A DNA stretch of 32,000 nucleotides from an uncultured Methanoregulaceae archaeon. GTDB taxonomy: Archaea > Halobacteriota > Methanomicrobia > Methanomicrobiales > Methanospirillaceae. The DNA is taken from NCBI GenBank assembly GCA_963841015.1, contig CAWJAX010000004.1:12040-44039 (forward strand). Direction: 5' to 3'. Positions 1 to 8,696 of the stretch are shown in pieces. The translations under genes were made by a program, and so were the position numbers. The notes under the pieces were generated by a model. It was not told the DNA's origin and made no database searches. It saw only the letters and a program-made list of their open reading frames with translations. Each line of letters opens with the position of its first letter. Positions within the stretch are counted from its first letter, which is position 1.

Positions 1-1
1 G

Positions 2-895
2 AAGAAGACCACGGTTCTTGCCCGCATCCTCCCGGAGCACAAATACCGGGTGGTGAAGGTGCTGCAGGAGCACGGGGAGATCGTGACGGTGACCGGCGAC
101 GGTGTGAACGATGTGCCGGCGCTCCGGGCCGCCGATCTCGGCATTGCCATGGGCTCCGGCTCGGAAGCGGCCAAGAGTGCGGCCAAGATGGTGATTGTGG
201 ACAACAATCTCTCGGTCATCGTTGATGCAATCCGGAACGCCCGGGTGATCGTAGACAACATCCGCAAGGTGATCTATTACCTGATATCGACCTCGATCAC
301 CGAGATCGTACTCATCAGCACAACCGTCTTTGCCGGTCTCCCGCTCCCGCTCCTTCCCATCCAGATTCTCTGGGTCAACCTTGTCACAGACGGCGTGCAG
401 GACAAGACGTTCCCCTTCATTAAAGAAGAGGGGAACGTGATGGCCCGGCCCCCGAAAGACCCCGCAAAACAGTTCTTTGATGGCAGGCAGACGCGCCGTA
501 TCATGACCTTCGGTCTGGTCATGGGAGCCCTTGCAGCGGTCATGTTCTGGTACCTTCTCGGAAGATACCCGTACGAACTTACCGTATCGATCATATTCAC
601 GTCTGTTGTCTGCTTGCAGTGGTTCAACGGCCTCCAGGCCCAGCTGGAACACGAGCCGTTCCTGCTGGACATCAAAAAAAGCCTCACCATCAACCCGTAT
701 ATCTTCTATGGTATCGGCGTGGGCATCGTGCTCCAGCTGATTGCCATCTATATTATTCCGGGAGTATTCGGTGTTGTTCCTCTCGCCCTCGAACACTGGG
801 TATATGTAATCGCACTTTCACTGACTGCGTTCTTTGTCGTTGAAGCGATCAAATGGCTGGAGTACCGGGGCAGTCATCCGAAGGTCCCTATCTGA
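2..895 (+). CDS. P-type (P2-like) cation-transporting ATPase, C-terminal part; the 5' end lies outside the window
   Basis: The frame is open from the window edge (KKTTVLARILPEHKYRVVKVLQEHGEIV precedes the tracked ORF). It has the hinge motif VTGDGVNDVPALRAADLGIAMG followed by several hydrophobic helices typical of the Cation_ATPase_C region. Confidence 0.9.
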   Translation, partial: KKTTVLARILPEHKYRVVKVLQEHGEIVTVTGDGVNDVPALRAADLGIAMGSGSEAAKSAAKMVIVDNNLSVIVDAIRNARVIVDNIRKVIYYLISTSITEIVLISTTVFAGLPLPLLPIQILWVNLVTDGVQDKTFPFIKEEGNVMARPPKDPAKQFFDGRQTRRIMTFGLVMGALAAVMFWYLLGRYPYELTVSIIFTSVVCLQWFNGLQAQLEHEPFLLDIKKSLTINPYIFYGIGVGIVLQLIAIYIIPGVFGVVPLALEHWVYVIALSLTAFFVVEAIKWLEYRGSHPKVPI

Positions 896-1012
896 ATGAG
901 CATAGAAACCATGGAGCGCTGGTCATCTCATATTGGGTTTATTCTTGCCGCGGTTGGCGCAGCTGTCGGTATTGGTAACATCTGGCGAAATCCGGGGATC
1001 CCGGGGTTGCTT

Positions 1013-1882
1013 TCAGGTTTGCTTCCCATTCCTGATGATAAGAACTGGTTTCCTGGTCCTTCTCACTACGGTGAACGTAGTGCTTCCGAGGACCAGATTG
1101 CGCAGCCAGTCCGTGCCGTGGGCATTCATCGCGATCAGGGATACACCCTCCTCTTCCGCAACGGACAGGATCATCTCCGTTGGATCGCCGACGCGGACAC
1201 GAGGATTTGCCGCAATACCGGCACCGGCAAGGTCCTTTTTTAGTGCTGCAAGTCGGGCCTGAGCATTTGTGATGCATTCATCAATCTCTTCTTTGGTCTC
1301 CGCCCGGCTGACAACATGCAGGAGTTCGACATTTTCCATTCCCTCAAGTGTTTTTAAAACTGATATTACATCATCGGCGGGTCTGGAGAAATCCGTGGGA
1401 ACGAGAACATTTGAAAACAATGGGCGGGGAGCTGCCGGCCCGGCACCCGAAATCTGATCGGGGCGCATGACGAGAACATTCATCTTTGCATTCCGCAGCA
1501 CGGTGGAGGATACACTCCCCAAAAGCAGTTCCTGGATAGGATTGATTCCACGGGCTCCGACGATGATGAGGGACACATCTTCAGTTTTCGCAACACCCAG
1601 GATTGCCTGCGCAATAGTGCCCTGGGTAATTGCGTTGACAATCACGTCAACATTGATGCGTACCTTCAGCCCGAGATTTTCAAGAACCTCTTTTTTCTCT
1701 GCCATGAGAAGCTTGGTGTTTTCGATATGCGGCCCGTGTGTCCATCCGAGTCTTGAAGGGCGCGTTGCATCCACAACATGGAGGAGCACCACTTCCTGAA
1801 TACCAGGAATCTCGGAAACGCGGTCAAGGATTTTTTGCGAATACGGTGAAAAATCAAGAGCAACAAGCACTTTCTCAAACAT
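1013..1882 (-). CDS. Universal stress protein with tandem UspA domains
   Basis: 289 aa with two repeated halves (MFEKVLVALDFS... and LFSNVLVPTDFS...). Each half ends in a G-x-x-G...GS(V/T) Usp ATP-binding-like segment (IIVGARG...LLGSVSSTVL and LIAMNAHG...VLGSTTFTVV). A GGAGG lies a few nt upstream of the ATG. Confidence 0.85.
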   Translation of the reverse strand: MFEKVLVALDFSPYSQKILDRVSEIPGIQEVVLLHVVDATRPSRLGWTHGPHIENTKLLMAEKKEVLENLGLKVRINVDVIVNAITQGTIAQAILGVAKTEDVSLIIVGARGINPIQELLLGSVSSTVLRNAKMNVLVMRPDQISGAGPAAPRPLFSNVLVPTDFSRPADDVISVLKTLEGMENVELLHVVSRAETKEEIDECITNAQARLAALKKDLAGAGIAANPRVRVGDPTEMILSVAEEEGVSLIAMNAHGTDWLRNLVLGSTTFTVVRRTRKPVLIIRNGKQT

Positions 1883-2033
1883 AATGCCTCCGTAGGGGAT
1901 TCCAGTATCCTAGAATACATACTGTGTTTTAATAAAATGATTGGAGGAAACGAAGAGGAATTCTGAATTAGATGCAGATCGCTTATCGGTTAATTGGTCC
2001 TGAAAAATTTGAAAAAAGTGTAAAGTTGCCTTC

Positions 2034-3548
2034 TCACGATTTCTGGATATACCAACCAGTCAGTGTTTCGTCAAGTAATTTCTCGCTGTGCGGGGGTGTT
2101 GCAAGACTGATCGCGATCATTGCAACGACCGAGATGATAAATGCATAGAAGGAAAAGTGCACTGGCATGGGGATAAGGTTGATCTTGAAATAACTCAGGC
2201 CGCCAAAGAAGAGCGACGTAGCAAGACCAAGCCCCATGGCTGCAAGTGCTCCCTGACGGGTCGCCCTCCTCCAGTAAAGTCCTGCCAGGAGGGGAACGGA
2301 AAAGGTGGCGAACATGATCCCGATCCCTGCCCAGATCAGCCAGACCAGCATGTCGGGCGGGTTCAGGGCGAGCAGCAGGGTGACAATAGCAGCAGTCAGT
2401 ACCGAGATCTGGCTGATGAGAACTACCTTCTTTTCCGGAGCGTCGGGGTGGAGGATTTTCTTATAGATATCCCATGCGAAGTATGTCCCGATGGTCAGCA
2501 TCAGACGGTCGGTCGTGGACATAACAGCGGCAAGGATGATCACCGCAAAGATCCCCCAGAGTGCAACGCTGGGAAGGGAGGCCTGGACTCCATAGACAAA
2601 GACGAAGTCGGAAGCATTCTTAACCGCAGGCAGCGTCATGAGCCCTTCCTGGACCATAACAAACCCGGCAAACCCGGAAAATTTTAACAGGAACATTACG
2701 AACCCGTAGATACCAAAGGCAACCAGCGGAGACCACTTGAAAACTTTCACATCCCTGACCGCAAGGATGTTATTGATCACGTGCGGGGCACAGGCAAGAC
2801 CTATCGTCAGGAGCAGGAAGAACGATACGATATAGGGGGGTGTGAATACGGCACCCGCCCCGGAAGCCCACGGGTCGACACTAACCGGGTTCGCTGCAGC
2901 CATTACCTCGTTGATATGAGTCATTCCTCCCGCAGCCATGATCACGATCGGGGCCATGATAACAACACCAATGATCAATATCGCGCCCTGCACGAGCGTT
3001 GTCCAGGCAACCGCGTACAACCCTCCGATAACAGTATAGACTGTCACGATTGCAGCGCCAATTAAAAGGGCGATCCAGTGGGGAAGACCAAAAAGCCACA
3101 TCAGCACGATGCTGATGGCCGTGTACTGCCCGGCAAGGTATATCATAGAGACAACGATGCCAGCAATTGCCGACAAACCCCTGAGCTGTACCTGGCTTTC
3201 ATACCGGTGCGCAAGGTAGTCCTGTACGGTCAGGTATCCTGACTTCTTTGCCACTTTCCACATCTTGACGCCAAAGAAGATGATACAGAACGCGATCGAG
3301 AGCGGTACAGCGATCTGCTCCCAGATCGTGGGCCAGGCGAATTTGTAACCAAGGCCGGACACACCGAGAAGTGACATCCCCGAGCAGACCGATCCGATCA
3401 TCAGCATGGTGAAGACCCAGAAGTCCAGCGATCGGCCGGCGACAACGTAATCGGTCATGTTATGGATCTTTTTGCTTGCCCAGATGCCAATAGCGAGCAA
3501 GCCAATACAGTAGATAATGATAAGACCCGCCGCAACAGGATCGATCAT
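2034..3548 (-). CDS. Sodium:solute symporter (SSS/SSF) family transporter
   Basis: 504 aa, highly hydrophobic with about 13 predicted TM helices. The overall pattern (N-terminal GRSL..., repeated G/A-rich helices, C-terminal YWRRATRQGA) is typical of the PutP/PanF/SSF family. Confidence 0.88.
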   Translation of the reverse strand: MIDPVAAGLIIIYCIGLLAIGIWASKKIHNMTDYVVAGRSLDFWVFTMLMIGSVCSGMSLLGVSGLGYKFAWPTIWEQIAVPLSIAFCIIFFGVKMWKVAKKSGYLTVQDYLAHRYESQVQLRGLSAIAGIVVSMIYLAGQYTAISIVLMWLFGLPHWIALLIGAAIVTVYTVIGGLYAVAWTTLVQGAILIIGVVIMAPIVIMAAGGMTHINEVMAAANPVSVDPWASGAGAVFTPPYIVSFFLLLTIGLACAPHVINNILAVRDVKVFKWSPLVAFGIYGFVMFLLKFSGFAGFVMVQEGLMTLPAVKNASDFVFVYGVQASLPSVALWGIFAVIILAAVMSTTDRLMLTIGTYFAWDIYKKILHPDAPEKKVVLISQISVLTAAIVTLLLALNPPDMLVWLIWAGIGIMFATFSVPLLAGLYWRRATRQGALAAMGLGLATSLFFGGLSYFKINLIPMPVHFSFYAFIISVVAMIAISLATPPHSEKLLDETLTGWYIQKS

Positions 3549-3652
3549 GCTGATGTCTCCTTAAACGTAAGAGCCCAGTAGGTAAGCGCAATCACGATGA
3601 CGAGGATTACTACCCCGACGCAAGCAGTAGTGAGGAACGGTAGTCCGAACAT
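3545..3652 (-). CDS. Small single-TM protein (35 aa), possible symporter accessory subunit; below the ORF-track length cutoff
   Basis: My own translation gives MFGLPFLTTACVGVVILVIVIALTYWALTFKETSA. Its TGA overlaps the symporter ATG in an ATGA junction at 3545-3548. Confidence 0.5.
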   Translation of the reverse strand: MFGLPFLTTACVGVVILVIVIALTYWALTFKETSA

Positions 3653-3850
3653 TCTATCCCAGAGGTGTGCGATCTGTTAACATTTAACAAGTTCGAAATT
3701 ATTCCGATATTTTTTTAAAAAATAGTATTACTATGATTATTTATGGTTAGGACATGAAATCCCGTTTCATTATTAGTTTTTTAGATATCTTCAAGCCTGT
3801 AAAATTAAAATCGATTTATTGATATTTTCAAAAAAGTGAATGGGTGAAAT

Positions 3851-4009
3851 ATGCCAAAGCATTTTTGTCCGGTTTGTCTGGAGGATATCACCTGTAAGCG
3901 CTGCAAAGGCTCTGGCAAATATTACCCCCCTTATTCAACTCATAAAATTGTTCATGATGAATGCCATGGCACGGGGAAGATGCCCCACAATCATGAAGAA
4001 AATTATTGA
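3851..4009 (+). CDS. 52-aa zinc-finger mini-protein with a DnaJ-type CxxCxGxG motif (hypothetical)
   Basis: My own translation gives MPKHFCPVCLEDITCKRCKGSGKYYPPYSTHKIVHDECHGTGKMPHNHEENY, containing CPVC, CKRCKGSG and CHGTG. A GGTGA sits 3 nt upstream of the ATG. It competes with the tracked 90-aa ORF 3840..4112 in another frame, which has no recognisable motif. Confidence 0.4.
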   Translation: MPKHFCPVCLEDITCKRCKGSGKYYPPYSTHKIVHDECHGTGKMPHNHEENY

Positions 4010-4332
4010 ATATTCACAAACTAAAAAAAAAATCTTTGCACACGAAGTTGTCAATCGAAAGAATGACATAAGCGTATTTTTAACATCTTATAATTGCCGA
4101 AACATGGTATGAGGAATGAAATCCAATAAGAAGCCGGTAGTACTCGCCATATATTGAACCATTTTATGAGAATTTACTAAAGAACATACAGTCCGCGGTG
4201 CAAGTAACCTGAACAAGAATAAGATGAGGAACTAAAATATTAATTGCGAGAGGTTAGGGGTCTTGCTATTGACCGGCTGCATATCAGTGACTTAAGGACG
4301 ATTCTTTAAATTAAAACTCCACAATACACCAT

Positions 4333-4851
4333 ATGACCCTTGAGAGAACGATTGCGCAGCTGTTCAGGATGGACGATGCAACCTGGCTGCGGCATGCCAA
4401 TCCATGGAGCGGGATCCTGCGCAATACGGCGCTCCCTCTCCTCATTATCGCATTCTGGAGCCGGCTCTGGCTTGGGTGGTGGGCAGTCATCCCGGTTGTT
4501 ATTGCACTCCTCTGGACCTGGTACAACCCCAGAATCTTCCCGGCACCGCAATCGCTCGATCACTGGATGTCAAAGGCTGTACTGGGAGAGCGGGTCTGGC
4601 TGAACCGGGATGCGGTTCCTGTGCCAGAGTATCACCGTAAGGTACCAAATGTTCTTTCAGCAGTTGCCGCTATCGGTTTGGTCTTTATCATTTGGGGTGT
4701 TTTCAGGTTCGATCTTTGGCCTACCCTATTTGGGACCTTGATGGCGTATATGGGCAAGTTATGGTTTGCTGACCGGATGGTCTGGATCTGGCAGGATATG
4801 CAGGAAGCTTCACCGGAATACCGGAACTGGCGGATTCTCAGGCATGAGTAA
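4333..4851 (+). CDS. Hypothetical membrane protein, Trp-rich with about 3-4 TM helices; possibly a DUF6653-like family (from memory, unverified)
   Basis: 172-aa ORF with clear hydrophobic helices (ALPLLIIAFWSRLWLGWWAVIPVVIALLWTW; VLSAVAAIGLVFIIWGVF) and coding-like composition. It follows a visibly AT-rich gap. Confidence 0.65.
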   Translation: MTLERTIAQLFRMDDATWLRHANPWSGILRNTALPLLIIAFWSRLWLGWWAVIPVVIALLWTWYNPRIFPAPQSLDHWMSKAVLGERVWLNRDAVPVPEYHRKVPNVLSAVAAIGLVFIIWGVFRFDLWPTLFGTLMAYMGKLWFADRMVWIWQDMQEASPEYRNWRILRHE

Positions 4852-5017
4852 TTCTCCTATGAAATAATTAGTCCGTGGCTGATGATCACTACAGCCCTCC
4901 TCTGATATTGTTTTTTCATAACACAATATTTCCGAACACCTGCATGATGATTGATTCCTGCTTCGCGACTGTTCATTGGAATGCCCCTTTATTTCCAGTG
5001 GAGAAATAGCCAATCGG

Positions 5018-5270
5018 GAAGAAATTTTTGTAAAACCCCATTTTTTAGACCACCGTCAGAAAAAACGATCCTTATATTCGGATTCCGGAAGCCTTTCCGG
5101 GATCCGGTGGGGTAAATTAGGTGGCAAAAATCACCTCGATTTAATGGCCTTTGGTGGCTTTTCAGTGAGGTACAAATCAGCCGTATTTTGGCAAACAGGC
5201 GTAAACCTCTGTTTCAATACACACCGAAACGGACGTTATTACGGGGTTTCCCGGATCAATGTCAGGAAAG
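5018..5270 (+). repeat. Intergenic repeat family, copy A (3' portion diverged or truncated)
   Basis: It aligns by eye with 9617..9948 and 24982..25256. Shared blocks are GAAGAAATTTTT..., TTAGGTGGCAAA, TTTAATGGCCTTTGG, TTCAGTGAGGT(A/G)CAAATC(A/T)GCCGTATTTTGGCAAACAG and ACGGGGTTTCCCGG. Confidence 0.75.
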
Positions 5271-5425
5271 AGTACGCTGTTTCAATTCTCGCTATCCGGA
5301 GAAAAGGAGAGGTTATTGCAAACCCTTCCGGGGAAGTTACCCTTGAACCAGCTGATGAGGTGATCGTGATCGGTGCACCGCAGCTGATATATTACGCTTA
5401 TCTCAGGTATTCCACCCGGAGATAA
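5270..5425 (+). pseudogene. Remnant of a TrkA-C (RCK_C) domain gene; only the C-terminal half of the domain remains
   Basis: The tail of ORF 4976..5425 reads YAVSILAIRRKGEVIANPSGEVTLEPADEVIVIGAPQLI. This parallels the TrkA-C end of the neighbouring Kef protein (LLVLAIRRGEEVITGIGGETRIEAGDNAIIYAKPEDV). Everything upstream in that ORF is repeat copy A, not protein-like sequence. Confidence 0.5.
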
Positions 5426-5790
5426 AACCAGAGTGAGCATATCAGCCGTACAAAAATATGCCAGATTATCTTTGTAAGTATTCCTCCCATTGCCATGATC
5501 TACCTGATATTTCATATCCTGAACCGGCACAGGTCTTAAATTGATGAATTCATATCTATGATTAAATGGATAGAAGAAGATGACGAGTATTATCTGGTAT
5601 ATCTATAATGAAGCGCTCAAGAAGGAGCGGGAGCTGCTGGAAAAAGTAAGAAAAAAAGAACGGGATCGACTGGATCGTATCAGAAATATTGGCAAGGACC
5701 CCGGCTCATCTCACGATAAGAAATAATGCTGAGAACTTATTGAACGCTAAAACCCCGTTTATTAAAATAACAAAAACGTACATGAGAAGG

Positions 5791-7806
5791 TTATTTCCTG
5801 TCTTTCTTTTGGGTAAACAGGTATGTACCCTTCGCAACATCTTCCGGCTTTGCATAAATAATCGCATTATCCCCTGCCTCAATCCGGGTCTCGCCACCGA
5901 TACCCGTGATTACCTCTTCTCCCCGCCGGATGGCCAGGACGAGAAGGTTGTGTCGTTTTCTCAGATTGATTTCTCCGAGCGTTGTGCCGGCAAGCAGGGA
6001 CCCGGGTTCAACCGTAAGGGTAGTTATACTGACCTCGGGGATATACCGCACGAGATCCGGCAGCGTTCCCGGCACCGTGCTCGTTGTACGCAACATCTGG
6101 TACCCGTCAGCACGAACATCGGTAATAAACGACTCGATCCGGTCCCGCGGCACGAAATACTTGTTCAGAACGACAGTAAAGATCTCCACAGACGTTTCAA
6201 ACTCCTCGGCAATGACCTCATCGGCCCCAATCTCATGGAGTGCCTCAACTTCACTGACATAGCGTGTCCTGACGATAATAGTCAGTTCAGAACTGAGGCC
6301 GCGGCAGGTGCTGACAATCTTTCGGACCGCAACGGGATCATTGATGGCCACGACGGCGATCCGTGCAGTCGGGATTCCCGCATGAGAGAGCACACCTTCG
6401 CTGGTTGCATCCCCAAATATGATGGGCTCACCCTGCTTCCGGGATTCCATGACAAGGTCAGGATTGAGCTCGATAATCGTATAATCGATACCAGCCCTGC
6501 GGGCAGTGCGGGCGAGGTTCCTGCCGGTGACACCATACCCGATGATAACCAGATGATCTTTCTTCGTCTTGCGTGATGCGGGATCATCAATACTGCACGT
6601 TCCCCGCGTGATAAGGGAGAGGGCAGGTTGTTGACAGAGCCATCCGGCGACCGGTGGGCCAATACCGATCACAAACGGCGTAACTGCCATGGTGATGAGA
6701 GCAACAATGAGGAAGGTCTGGTAGGTTTCAAAGGGAAGAATACCCGTAATAAATCCACTCTGGGCAATAATCAACGAGAATTCTCCGACCTGTGCAAGGG
6801 CAAGTCCTGTCATCAATGAGGTCCTCAGGGGGTATCCGAGTGCGAGAGGAGCAGCAGTGGCGAGCAGGGCCTTGACCACAATCGCAAGAACGATCAGGAA
6901 TGCAATGATCCAGAAATTTTCAAGCAGGAACCGGAAATCCACCAGCATGCCGACGGAGATAAAGAAGAAGCTCGTGAAAATGTCCCGGAACGGGAGGACG
7001 ATACTGGAGGCCTGGCGGCTGTATTCCGATCCTGAGATAAGTAATCCGGCAAAAAGGGCTCCGATAGCAATAGAGATCCCGGACAGGGAGACCAACCATG
7101 CCACGCCAAAACAGACCAGGATGACAAAGAGTAAGAAGAATTCCTGGTTGCGGGTTCGTGCAATCTCGTGCATGAGCCGGGGTATTACCCATCTTGCAGA
7201 TACAACAAGGACCAGCACAATGAGGAGATCCTGGATTACCAGGGTCACCAGGGAATCCGCTGAAAGCAGGGGTGTAGGATCGAACAGGGACAGGCTCGCG
7301 AGGAAGGGGATGGCCATGATCATGGGAACTGCCATGAGGTCCTGGAAGATCAGGATGCCGAGCGCAATGCTGCCATGCGGGGAATCCATATCCCCTTTGT
7401 CGTGCAGGATTTTCAGAACGATGGCTGTACTGGACAACGAGAAGAGAAAACCCATCAGGATCGCTTCACCGGCAGGAAGCCCCAGCAACAGGGCAAGTCC
7501 GCAGAAGAAGGCAAAGGAGAGGCCGACCTGCAGTGCGCCGCCGGCAATTGCGATGAGCCGGATCTTCCAGAGGTCCTTGAAAGAGAATTCAAGTCCTATC
7601 GTAAAGAGCAGGAGGATTATCCCAATCTCGGCAAGATTTTTTACCTGCTCCTGCCCCTGGATAATGCTCAATCCATACGGTCCGACGATGACACCCGTAA
7701 GGATATATGCCACAAGGGGAGGTACCTTAATCCTGTTGAAGATCATCCCGACTATAAGCGCTATGGCAAAAACAATCAGGATGTCCGTTAAGAGTTCAAA
7801 AACCAT
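5791..7806 (-). CDS. CPA2-family monovalent cation:proton antiporter (Kef-type) with C-terminal TrkA-N and TrkA-C (RCK) domains
   Basis: 671 aa. The N-terminal Na_H_exchanger-like membrane domain starts MVFELLTDILIVFAIALIVGMIFNRIKVPPLVAYILTGVIVGPYGL. It is followed by a Rossmann segment HLVIIGYGVTGRNLARTARRAGIDYTIIELNPD and a TrkA-C-like end. Confidence 0.9.
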   Translation of the reverse strand: MVFELLTDILIVFAIALIVGMIFNRIKVPPLVAYILTGVIVGPYGLSIIQGQEQVKNLAEIGIILLLFTIGLEFSFKDLWKIRLIAIAGGALQVGLSFAFFCGLALLLGLPAGEAILMGFLFSLSSTAIVLKILHDKGDMDSPHGSIALGILIFQDLMAVPMIMAIPFLASLSLFDPTPLLSADSLVTLVIQDLLIVLVLVVSARWVIPRLMHEIARTRNQEFFLLFVILVCFGVAWLVSLSGISIAIGALFAGLLISGSEYSRQASSIVLPFRDIFTSFFFISVGMLVDFRFLLENFWIIAFLIVLAIVVKALLATAAPLALGYPLRTSLMTGLALAQVGEFSLIIAQSGFITGILPFETYQTFLIVALITMAVTPFVIGIGPPVAGWLCQQPALSLITRGTCSIDDPASRKTKKDHLVIIGYGVTGRNLARTARRAGIDYTIIELNPDLVMESRKQGEPIIFGDATSEGVLSHAGIPTARIAVVAINDPVAVRKIVSTCRGLSSELTIIVRTRYVSEVEALHEIGADEVIAEEFETSVEIFTVVLNKYFVPRDRIESFITDVRADGYQMLRTTSTVPGTLPDLVRYIPEVSITTLTVEPGSLLAGTTLGEINLRKRHNLLVLAIRRGEEVITGIGGETRIEAGDNAIIYAKPEDVAKGTYLFTQKKDRK

Positions 7807-7896
7807 AGGAATACGTTAGATTACCTTTGTCGGGAAATACAAAAAATTATTCGCAGATTAGAAAAAGTAGTGGGCTTACTTAAAAAAAATGAGAAA

Positions 7897-8647
7897 TCAG
7901 GGAGCCTGCCGGACGATAACCGAGGCCGACTCGTCAAACGGGTTCTTCCGCAATGCAAGGTTGAAGAGATAAGGGTAATGGTTTTAAGATATTCCATATA
8001 GATGATCCACTCGTGGATCAACCGGGTATACGCACGCTGGATATCGGGGGTGAGATGGCTTTTGTCGGATGGAGGCAATGCGGACAAGTCGCCCCGTGCT
8101 TTCAGCTCTTCGGTCAGGTGGCTGAGCGCAAGAATAAGGTCCGTGAATGATTCGTGCTCAAAGACCATGGGGTTTTCCACCAGGCGCAAAAGGAACTCCT
8201 CGTGATCGATCAGAAACCTCCGGAAATCTTCCAGGTCAATCCGGGTAAGTGAGGCACTGCACGAATAATCATCAAGGCATTTTTGCATATCCTTAAACCT
8301 TGCCATATCCCAGGTGGCAGTGACTACCAGGCGTTTTTTCACCGGACCAATACGTTCATCGCCACCGGTCAACCGGGCAAGAAGCGGCGTCCCGAACGTG
8401 GAAAAGAAGGTGCCGATGACCATGTTCAGCTTCTCCACTTCTGCTGTTTTTCCCGGGATTCCAGCAACGGGTCAATGATAAGCGTGACAATCAGCACTTC
8501 TATCGGTATGAAAGCCAGGTCCCCGACAAAGAAGATGGACAGATGGTGCTCATCATGAAAGATCAGGTAATGGGCAGTAAACAATACAAGAGACAGGAGG
8601 ATGAGCCCTGATGCAATAATCAGTTTCCACCAAGTGTCTTCTTTCAT
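7897..8647 (-). pseudogene. Conserved hypothetical membrane protein gene interrupted by two frameshifts
   Basis: ORFs 8426..8647 and 7821..8438 are contiguous parts (...LLESREKQQK | VEKLNMVIGTFFSTFGTPLL...). At a T4 run (7982-7985, A4 on the coding strand) the sensible continuation moves to another frame: YMEYLK|NHYPYLFNLALRKNPFDESASVIVRQAP*, with the stop at 7897-7899. The tracked frame instead continues as low-complexity text. Confidence 0.6.
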
Positions 8648-8696
8648 TTACCTTCTCCGGTTACCTTGTTGAGCGAGCAGACAATGGACCACAAGG

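Noticed and set aside
896-1277. ORFs 896..1243(+), 933..1262(+) and 939..1277(-)
   Set aside because: They overlap the well-supported tandem-Usp gene or its 3' flank and have no motifs. The region 896-1012 is most simply a convergent intergenic spacer.
3840-4112. A tracked 90-aa ORF in the AT-rich gap
   Set aside because: It has no motif, its composition is driven by A/T runs, and it overlaps a shorter alternative frame with a clear zinc-finger Cys pattern and a better RBS. It is not reported as a CDS.
5689-7819. Long plus-strand ORFs 5689..6576 (295 aa) and 6857..7819 (320 aa)
   Set aside because: Both lie entirely antisense to the intact 671-aa Kef-type antiporter. Their translations are Arg/Ser-rich and contain no hydrophobic helices or motifs.
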